DNA from: Bacteroidaceae bacterium
Lineage (GTDB): Bacteria > Bacteroidota > Bacteroidia > Bacteroidales > Bacteroidaceae
NCBI GenBank assembly: GCA_017940605.1
Contig: JAGAYF010000060.1
Location: 332-64,331, forward strand
Direction of reading: 5' to 3'
Length of the DNA: 64,000 nucleotides
Shown one piece after another: positions 45,068 to 52,817 of this stretch. Under the pieces are notes generated by a model. The model ran no database searches. It was not told the origin of the DNA and worked only from the letters and a program-made list of their open reading frames with translations. Within the stretch, counting starts at the first letter, position 1, and every line of letters begins with the position of its first letter. A program made the position numbers and the translations under genes.

Positions 45068-46054
45068 TCAGCTCAGCGCCCGGAACGTTACTTCCAGCCC
45101 GTCATAGGCTGCGCGGACGGGCATGGGCAGCACCTTGTTCAATTCGTCCTGCGAAAGGCGATCGTGCAAACTGTTGGCAATGTGCGTGATGTACACAGGC
45201 TGGCCGGTGGGCGGCGTGTAGCGCTGCGTCTTGATGAGCATGTTGGCAATGCGGGCCACGACGTTGGGAGTGGAGTGGTTGAACATGCGATAGTCGTCGT
45301 CGTGCTCGACTCCCATCGTGCCTTCCATGATGAAGCCGGTGATGGGGCGCGGAGTGATGTCGCTGCGATGGGTATCGATGCCGGCCAGGCGGCTTGCCTT
45401 GCCCATGATGCCGCCCGTGTCGGTGGCATAGAGCAGTCGCACGCCCAGGTTGCTTTCAGTCGTTCCCTTCTCCACGAGATAGATCTGTGCCTGCTCCTCA
45501 TAGAAATTCGTGCTGTGGTTGGCGGGCAGCGGAGTGAAGCTGAGGCCCTCGACCACCACGGGAACGCCTACCTTGAGCGTGTGAAACTTGGGAACAGCCA
45601 GGTGATTCTCCCTGGCTACGCTCATAAACTCGGCCTTGGCGCGGTCAACCCATGTCTCCGATATGTAAACGTGCTTGACGCCCAGCTTCAGTGCCTCCAG
45701 GGGCTGGTAATGGTCGCGGTGCGAATGGGTGTAGAACAAGTGTTCGGGCTTGCAACCCTCGGGAAACATGTCCATCACGCTTACGGTGAGGTCTATCAGC
45801 ACCTTGCCGTCGAGCAAGACGCTGCTGTTGCGCCGCTCGGTGGTCGTGCCCTGCTTCCATCCTGCCGCGCCCGTCCCCAGGAATCTCACCTTCAGGTCAT
45901 TCGGGCCGGCCGCCACGTTTTCACATGTCACGGGCAGTCCTTCCGTTGCCCAGGACTTGTTTGCCTGTGCACTGGCGGCCTTGGCCTTGCCGCCGCCCAG
46001 CCTGGACAGGACTACTGCGGCCAGGCTGCTCTGTAGAAAATGTCTTCTGTTCAT
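45068..46054 (-). CDS. MBL-fold metallo-hydrolase with twin-arginine signal
   Basis: MNRRHFLQSSLAAV.. Tat-like signal. YTHSHRDH metal-binding motif. Confidence 0.85.
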   Translation of the reverse strand: MNRRHFLQSSLAAVVLSRLGGGKAKAASAQANKSWATEGLPVTCENVAAGPNDLKVRFLGTGAAGWKQGTTTERRNSSVLLDGKVLIDLTVSVMDMFPEGCKPEHLFYTHSHRDHYQPLEALKLGVKHVYISETWVDRAKAEFMSVARENHLAVPKFHTLKVGVPVVVEGLSFTPLPANHSTNFYEEQAQIYLVEKGTTESNLGVRLLYATDTGGIMGKASRLAGIDTHRSDITPRPITGFIMEGTMGVEHDDDYRMFNHSTPNVVARIANMLIKTQRYTPPTGQPVYITHIANSLHDRLSQDELNKVLPMPVRAAYDGLEVTFRALS

Positions 46055-46091
46055 GTCTGTATGGTTGTTTTCAGTTTGTTGGCAGTCAATG

Positions 46092-46826
46092 TCACTCCAG
46101 GCCTATGGAACCCACCACCAGGGCCAGTCCCGTTATCTCGTCCTTGGGAATGTCAATGGGCGGATAGTCCTTGTTGTCCGAAATGGCTTGTATGAAGTTT
46201 TCCTTGTCGCTCTTCAGCAGGCGTTTCACCAGCAATCCCTGTTCGCGCGTGGCTATGACGTGGCATTTATTCCACTGAATGAACTGGCTGTCCCTGATGA
46301 TGGAGCAGGCAATGATGTCGCCGGGCATGAGGTGGGGCATCATGCTGACGCCCGACACTTCTATCATGAAGTCGACGTGACAGTACCGAAACTTGGGGAC
46401 TACGTAGAATTCCTTGACGTCCGATTCGGATATCATGAAGTTGTTGTTGCCAAATCCTGCGGCCACCGTCTGCAGCACCAGGGGAATGGGCTTGACGTTC
46501 TGCGTGTTGGCAAAGGGGATGGCGTATCCGCTGTATTTGTGGGTGCGTCTCACCCCCTGCGGCACGGCATTGCGGTCGCTGTCGGGTGCTGTCTCGCCCG
46601 CATAATCGGGGTTGATCATCGGCCCGTCGCCCGTGAGCAGCCAACTGGTGTTTACCTCGGGTGCAAAGGCAAGAAATTTTGCGATGTTGTCCTCGCTGAT
46701 GCCGTTGTTCTGCGCCAGGATGCCGCGCGTCGTGCCCGAGCGCTTGTAGAACTCATAGGCGGTGATGCCTCGGTGGTCTAAGTAACGAAGGATGTTCTGC
46801 TTGACCAGTGATTTCTCTTGTATCAT
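46092..46826 (-). CDS. HTH + peptidase S24 (LexA/CI-like) repressor
   Basis: N-terminal HTH (ITAYEFYKRSGTTRGILAQ). C-terminal S24 block with Ser context EVSGVSMMPHLMPGDII and Lys context GLLVKRL. Confidence 0.85.
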   Translation of the reverse strand: MIQEKSLVKQNILRYLDHRGITAYEFYKRSGTTRGILAQNNGISEDNIAKFLAFAPEVNTSWLLTGDGPMINPDYAGETAPDSDRNAVPQGVRRTHKYSGYAIPFANTQNVKPIPLVLQTVAAGFGNNNFMISESDVKEFYVVPKFRYCHVDFMIEVSGVSMMPHLMPGDIIACSIIRDSQFIQWNKCHVIATREQGLLVKRLLKSDKENFIQAISDNKDYPPIDIPKDEITGLALVVGSIGLE

Positions 46827-46985
46827 ATGTGTGTTGTATGGTTTGAAAACGGGTGTTCCGTGTCAGAAATTTTTGCGAAGTTACAAAATATTGTTGAATG
46901 CAAGAAATTTTAACCAAAATGTTTGCGCAAACGGAAAAATAATTGCATAAACGACCGCTGCTGCGCGGTTTCGGCCCGCGTGGTT

Positions 46986-47105
46986 CAGGGCAGGCAAAAA
47001 CTGGTTCAGGGAAAAGCGGTCAGGACAAGGCGTAAAAGGTAGTCGGATGCGGCCTGAAAAATTCCATGCAGGGCGTAAAAGTCCGGTGAACAAGGCGTAA
47101 AAAAC
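46986..47105 (+). repeat. Dispersed intergenic repeat, copy 8 (best-preserved copy)
   Basis: GGACAAGGCGTAAAAGG, GGATGCGGCCTGAAAAATTCCATGCAGGGCGTAAAAGTC, GAACAAGGCGTAAAAAAC. Confidence 0.9.
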
Positions 47106-47199
47106 ACGCGGCGGACCGTCCTGGTGGCCACGGCGTGAGAATGAGTTGTTTTTTCAGTTGTTTATGAAATCTGGGTTTTGGGCGTGCCATGGGAAAACC

Positions 47200-48153
47200 C
47201 TACCCCTTGTGCTCCGAGTAGATGACGCCTAGCAGGATGAGCAGCAGGCCGCCCAGGATGTACAGGTTCATTTCCTCGTCCATGAAGAGGACCGACACGA
47301 TGCTGGCCGACACGGGGTTGATGTACAGGTAGTAGGACGACTTGAGCGGCCCCAGTACCTCCAGCACCTTGTTCCACAGGATAAAGCACAAGTAGGAGGC
47401 AATTACCGTGAGGAACAGCAGGTTGCCCCACACGACGGGGCGTTGCAGGAGCGGCAGTTCGTCGGCGATGGGGCGGATGAACAGCACGGGCAGTATGGTG
47501 ACGAGCCCGTAGAAGAAGATTTTTCGCGTAATGAACACGACGTCGTAGTGTTTTCCCAGGGGTTTGATAATCAGGCTGTACAGCGCCCACAGAATGGCGG
47601 CCAGCAGGGCCAGCCCGTCGCCCAGGAAGGAGGCTTGCCATGTGAATTGGCCCTTGAAGATGAGGCAGCCTATGCCCACCAGCGCGATGGCCAGTCCCGT
47701 GACAAAGCGGTGGGTAATGGTGGCCCGCTCGATGCGGAGCATGTAGGCGAACAGTGTGGTCAGCAGCGGCGTGAAGGCAATGATGAACGACACGTCGGTG
47801 GTTTGTGCAAAGTGCAGGCCGTAGTTCTCGGCCACGAAGTAGAGCGAACCGCCCGTCAGGCCGGCCAGCATGAGCAGGGCCTCGTCGCGCAGGCTGTCGG
47901 CCCGCCACTTCTTGTGGCTGGTGAGGACCAGCAGGGCGTATGCGCCCAGGAAACGCAGGAAGAAAATGTTGGTTTCGCCCATGCCTTGCAGGATGAGCGT
48001 CTTGGTTGATGCGAAAGTCGCCCCCCATGTGGTCATGACCAGGAAGGCAATGGCGTGATACAGGATGAGTCGCCCGGAACTTCGTTCCGTAGATGGTGTG
48101 TGGCCGTTCACTGTGGTTTTTGGGTGCAAAGTTACGTGTTTTGCAGCATTCAT
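47200..48153 (-). CDS. EamA/DMT-family transporter
   Basis: 317 aa from the ATG at 48153, with about 10 TM segments in two EamA-like halves. Confidence 0.8.
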   Translation of the reverse strand: MNAAKHVTLHPKTTVNGHTPSTERSSGRLILYHAIAFLVMTTWGATFASTKTLILQGMGETNIFFLRFLGAYALLVLTSHKKWRADSLRDEALLMLAGLTGGSLYFVAENYGLHFAQTTDVSFIIAFTPLLTTLFAYMLRIERATITHRFVTGLAIALVGIGCLIFKGQFTWQASFLGDGLALLAAILWALYSLIIKPLGKHYDVVFITRKIFFYGLVTILPVLFIRPIADELPLLQRPVVWGNLLFLTVIASYLCFILWNKVLEVLGPLKSSYYLYINPVSASIVSVLFMDEEMNLYILGGLLLILLGVIYSEHKG

Positions 48154-48215
48154 GGGTAAAAAGGCGCAGGGTTGCTGGGCTTTTTCGGGGAAAATGTGTT
48201 TACTTTGCAGTTGGA

Positions 48216-51200
48216 ATGGCAGCAAAGAGCGCGAAAAGAGGATGGAAGGTGCTGGCCCTCGTGGCCGCAGCACCCGTGGCCCTGTTCCTGCTGCTGGCCG
48301 TCGCGGTCTATCTGCCGCCCGTCCAGCAATGGGTGAAGCGCGAGGCGTGCCAGCGCCTGTCGCAGGCCACCGGAACGGACATCACGGTGGACTATGTGCG
48401 CCTGGCCTTTCCCTTGGACCTCACCCTGAACGGCGCAACGGCCGTGCAGCATGCCGACACGCTGCTGCACGTGCGCTCGCTGCGGCTGGGCATCCGCGTG
48501 TGGCCCTTGTTGCAAAGGAAAGTGGAGCTCAGCGGTTTCCAACTGCTCCAGGCCCAGGTTGACACCAAGGATTTCATCAGTGACACACGGGTCAGGGGGC
48601 GTCTGGATGAGCTGAGCGTAGACATACCCGCCTGTTATCGGCTGGATTCCCAGTCATTGACCCTGGGAACGGCCCTGCTGCGCCGCGCCGACGTGGCGGT
48701 GCAGCTGAGCGACACGGCCCAGGAGGACACCACTGCGTCGGAGCCGTCGCACATGCGCATCAGCCTGGGGAAAGTCCAGGTGGACGATGTGGCTTTCCGC
48801 CTGCACCTGCCCGGCGACTCCATGAGGGTGGGGGGCAACCTGCTCCAGGCTGCGGCCCAGGACGTGCTGGTGGATTTGGGGCGGCCTCTGTACCGCGTAG
48901 GTGGGCTGCAGGTGATGGGTAACGGGCTGTCCTATGACGTTCCGTGGGAAAAGCATACCGTTGGCCTGGACTACAATCACCTGAGGCTGGACTCGCTGCG
49001 CTTGCAGGCTGATTCCGTGGAGTATGACCAGGGAAGAATGAGCATCAACCTGAGGCAGCTGGCCTTCAGCGAGCAGAGCGGATTGCGAATGGAGGAAATC
49101 AGCGGCGTTCTGCGTTCCGACGACAGGACAGTCAGGCTGTCGTCTTTCCTGATGCGCACGCCCCACAGCCAGTTGGCGGCACAAGGGCGCGTGGACTGGG
49201 ATGCGCTGGAAAACGGCAAGGGAGGCAACATGGATGTCACGGCGCAGGGCAGCGTGGGCTATGACGACCTGCTCCTGCTGGCCGGCAGTGCCGCCCCCGA
49301 CCTGAGGAGCTACGTGCCAAAGGGGCAGCCCGTCCTGCTGAAGGCCCATGTGACGGGCAATGTGGACCGTGCCGAGGTGAAAGAGTTGGAGGCCCGTCTG
49401 GGCAATGCCGTGGCCTTTACCGCCAAGGGTACGTTGGCCGACATCAGGCAGGATGATATGCGCGCTGTCAAGCTGCAATATAAGGTGAAGACGGGCGACA
49501 TGGCCTTCTATCGGAAGATCCTGCCTGATGGGCTGCGCATTCCGCCCCGTTTCCTGCTGGGAGGCGAACTGAGCCTGAACGGCTCAACGGTAGGGACGAA
49601 TACGACCCTGCGCGAGGGTGACGGGTGGCTGTCGGTCAAGGGCAATTATAATATGAATACGGAAAACTATGCCGCCAAGGTCGTGGCGCAGCGTTTCCCC
49701 CTGCAGAGCTATCTCCCCGAATGGGCATTGTCGCCGCTTACGGCACAGGCCGAGGCCCAGGGGCGCGGCTTTGATTTCCTGGACAAGCATGCCCGCCTGA
49801 ATGCTCAGGTCCGTATTCAGCAATTGAGCCTTGACAGCATACCTTTGGACTCCATTCAGGTGGCTGCAGTGCTTCAGGCGGGGCAGTTGCAGGGTTCGCT
49901 GAAGAGCAATAACCGCATGCTGACGGCGAACACCGATTTCCAGGCTTCACTGGGGGCTGTCGTGGAGGGCAGTCTTGTGGGCAATGTGGAGAATCTGGAT
50001 TTGCTGACCCTGACAAGGGGGGCAGATTCTTCCCGTCTTATGATGGAAATCCGCGCAAAGGGATATGCCGCGCAGGATGGCTCGAAAATGGGGGTGAGTG
50101 GAGGCTTGCAGCATGTAAACATTGTAACGCCCAACAACGGATACCCTGCCGATAATGTCAACTTTGAGTTTGCCACTGCGCAAGACAGTACGGTGGCCCG
50201 TTTGCTGAGCGGCGACCTCAGCCTGCGCTTGCAAAGCCAGACGGCACTGGGTGTCATCACGGACAGTCTGGCGCAAGTGGTGCGGACACTGGAACGGCAA
50301 ATCAAGGAAGCCCGTCTGGATCATCAGGAACTGAAGAGCCATCTGCCCGAACTGGTCCTGCGGCTTTCGGCAGGCAAGAACAACCCCGTGTCACGCCTGC
50401 TGCATTATCGCGGATATGATTTTAATAATCTGAGCTTGGATCTGAACGCCGACAGAACCAGCGGACTGAACGGATTGTTCGGTCTGTGGTCATTTAAGAC
50501 GGGGGCTCTCCTCCTGGATAAGATCACGGCGCAGGTAAAACAGGATACGGGCGGGCTGCGCCTTGAGGGACTGGTGGAAAATACAAGCAAAAAAAATCCG
50601 AACAAGTTCACGGCATCGGTGAACGGGGAGGTCCTGAGGGACGGATTCTCTGTATTGACCATATACAGGGACAGCAAGAAAAAGGAAGGCGTTCACCTTG
50701 GCGTGAAGGGCAGTTTGGCCGCCAGCGGAGACGTGACCCTGCAGCTTTTCCCCGAGGAATCAACCATCGCATACCGGAAATTCCGCATCAACAAGGATAA
50801 CTACGTAACGATAACCCCACGCGGTTTCGTCTTGGCTGACGTAGATTTGCTGGCAGACGACCAAACGGGGCTTAAAGTCAACGCGACGCAGCAAGACTCG
50901 CTGAATGACATAACGGTCAGCCTGAGCCATGTCAATTTGGACGAGTTATGCAGCGTGCTGCCCTATCTCCCCAGCATGGGAGGCTTCCTGAACGGCGACT
51001 TGCACATTGAACGGCGGGACACGGCCCTTTCGGCCAGCGGAACACTGCTCATGGATGATTTCAGATACGAAAATTACAGCATGGGAGCCTTTGGAGCGGA
51101 ATTGGTATACCTGCCAAAAGGAACGAATGAGCATTACGTGAATGCCATCGTGCTGAATGACAACCGCGAAGTGGCGTCATTTGACGGGACATACCTGAAT

Positions 51201-52808
51201 GAGGATGCCGGAAGGCTGGATGCGACGGTGGTACTTGAGAAATTCCCATGCCATCTCCTGAATGCTTTCCTTCCCAACGACGGAAGCGTGGCCTTGGGCG
51301 GTTATGCGAACGGCGAACTGGGCATTGCGGGTGCGATAGGCAGTCTGGAATTCAACGGAAGCCTGTTGCCGGATTCCATGCGCATACTTTCGCCGCTTTA
51401 CGGCGTTGACCTACGCATGGCGGACAAGCCGCTCCCAATCAAAGCAAGCTGTATTTATATGGATAGCCTGATGCTGTATTCCGCAAAGAGCCCAAATCCG
51501 CTGTTAATGGACGGAAAGGTGAACTTCAGCGATTTGGACAGGATCACGCTTGACGTGGCTTTCAAGGCAAAAAACTTCCAAATCGTCAACTCGGCCCGCA
51601 CGAAGGAGGCAGTCCTCTTTGGCAAGGTTTTCACCGATATAGATGCCACCTTGAAGGGAACCACCAACTTTATGATTGTTAAAGGAAATCTGAAAGTCCT
51701 GGGAAACACCGACATGACCTATGTAATGAAGGACACGCCCCTTTCTGTGGAGGACCGTCTCAGCGGATTGGTGGAATTTGTGGATTTTGCCGATAGTACA
51801 TCAGAGAAAACGGAGTCCGTTTCCGCAGGAAATATGCTGATGACCCTGTCCGTGAATATCAGCGAGGCGGCCAAGATGCACTGCGAGCTTAGTGCCGACG
51901 GCGACAGCTACTTTGACTGTCAGGGAGGCGGAAACCTCACGATGAAATACCTGCCCAGCGGCGACATTTCCCTGTTGGGAAGGTTCTCAATGAGCAAAGG
52001 CGAGATGAAATACGAGCTTCCGTTCATTCCGCTCAAGACATTTACGCTGAGCGGCGACAACTACATCCAGTTTACGGGCAATCCCTACAATCCCACCCTG
52101 CATATCACGGCGATTGAAAAGACGCGGGCTTCCGTTAACGACAACGGGGTAAACACGCGCATGGTATCATTCAACGTAGGCGTGGCCATCACGCAGACAT
52201 TGGAGAACATGGGCTTGCAGTTCCTGATAGAGGCTCCCGAAGACCTGAGCGTGCAAAACGACTTGGCCTCCATGTCCGAGGAGGACCGTGGAAAATTGGC
52301 CGTCACCATGCTTGCGACGGGCATGTACCTGATATCGTCCAACAAGTCTTCATTCAAGGCGAACAATGCCCTCAATTCGTTCCTCCAAAGCGAGATACAG
52401 AATATCGCAGGCAATGCGCTCAAGACGATTGACCTCACTGTGGGGGTCGAGGGGAGCACAACGGCCAGCGGCAATGCGCAGACGAACTACTCGTTCCAGT
52501 TTGCCAAGCACTTGTGGAACGACCGCGTGACCTTTATCATAGGCGGGAAAGTCTCGGCTGGGTCGGAAAATTCCAGTGAGAACCAAAGTTTCATCGACAA
52601 CATTACATTGGAGTACCGTCTTGACGAAAGCGGCAGCCGCAACCTGCGTGTTTTCTATGACCACGACACCCAGGACCCCTTGGAGGGGACATATTCATCG
52701 GCTGGCGTGGGACTGGTCTTGCGCCGCAAGACGGCTCATTTCGGCGATCTGTTCATATGGCGGCCGCAACGCAAAAACGCAAAGGTCCTCCCCACAAAAC
52801 AACCCTAA
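48216..52808 (+). CDS. tamB: Translocation and assembly module protein TamB
   Basis: 1530 aa. N-terminal TM anchor VLALVAAAPVALFLLLAVAVYL, long beta-rich body, DUF490-like C-terminus. Immediately followed by a BamA/TamA-family gene. Confidence 0.85.
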   Translation: MAAKSAKRGWKVLALVAAAPVALFLLLAVAVYLPPVQQWVKREACQRLSQATGTDITVDYVRLAFPLDLTLNGATAVQHADTLLHVRSLRLGIRVWPLLQRKVELSGFQLLQAQVDTKDFISDTRVRGRLDELSVDIPACYRLDSQSLTLGTALLRRADVAVQLSDTAQEDTTASEPSHMRISLGKVQVDDVAFRLHLPGDSMRVGGNLLQAAAQDVLVDLGRPLYRVGGLQVMGNGLSYDVPWEKHTVGLDYNHLRLDSLRLQADSVEYDQGRMSINLRQLAFSEQSGLRMEEISGVLRSDDRTVRLSSFLMRTPHSQLAAQGRVDWDALENGKGGNMDVTAQGSVGYDDLLLLAGSAAPDLRSYVPKGQPVLLKAHVTGNVDRAEVKELEARLGNAVAFTAKGTLADIRQDDMRAVKLQYKVKTGDMAFYRKILPDGLRIPPRFLLGGELSLNGSTVGTNTTLREGDGWLSVKGNYNMNTENYAAKVVAQRFPLQSYLPEWALSPLTAQAEAQGRGFDFLDKHARLNAQVRIQQLSLDSIPLDSIQVAAVLQAGQLQGSLKSNNRMLTANTDFQASLGAVVEGSLVGNVENLDLLTLTRGADSSRLMMEIRAKGYAAQDGSKMGVSGGLQHVNIVTPNNGYPADNVNFEFATAQDSTVARLLSGDLSLRLQSQTALGVITDSLAQVVRTLERQIKEARLDHQELKSHLPELVLRLSAGKNNPVSRLLHYRGYDFNNLSLDLNADRTSGLNGLFGLWSFKTGALLLDKITAQVKQDTGGLRLEGLVENTSKKNPNKFTASVNGEVLRDGFSVLTIYRDSKKKEGVHLGVKGSLAASGDVTLQLFPEESTIAYRKFRINKDNYVTITPRGFVLADVDLLADDQTGLKVNATQQDSLNDITVSLSHVNLDELCSVLPYLPSMGGFLNGDLHIERRDTALSASGTLLMDDFRYENYSMGAFGAELVYLPKGTNEHYVNAIVLNDNREVASFDGTYLNEDAGRLDATVVLEKFPCHLLNAFLPNDGSVALGGYANGELGIAGAIGSLEFNGSLLPDSMRILSPLYGVDLRMADKPLPIKASCIYMDSLMLYSAKSPNPLLMDGKVNFSDLDRITLDVAFKAKNFQIVNSARTKEAVLFGKVFTDIDATLKGTTNFMIVKGNLKVLGNTDMTYVMKDTPLSVEDRLSGLVEFVDFADSTSEKTESVSAGNMLMTLSVNISEAAKMHCELSADGDSYFDCQGGGNLTMKYLPSGDISLLGRFSMSKGEMKYELPFIPLKTFTLSGDNYIQFTGNPYNPTLHITAIEKTRASVNDNGVNTRMVSFNVGVAITQTLENMGLQFLIEAPEDLSVQNDLASMSEEDRGKLAVTMLATGMYLISSNKSSFKANNALNSFLQSEIQNIAGNALKTIDLTVGVEGSTTASGNAQTNYSFQFAKHLWNDRVTFIIGGKVSAGSENSSENQSFIDNITLEYRLDESGSRNLRVFYDHDTQDPLEGTYSSAGVGLVLRRKTAHFGDLFIWRPQRKNAKVLPTKQP

Positions 52809-52817
52809 TCAGCGCGA

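Noticed and set aside
45068-47200. A prophage or integrative-element fragment, suggested by the CI/LexA-like S24 repressor.
   Set aside because: - I recognised no integrase, excisionase, phage structural genes or att-like direct repeats.
- The neighbours are ordinary metabolic and transport genes.
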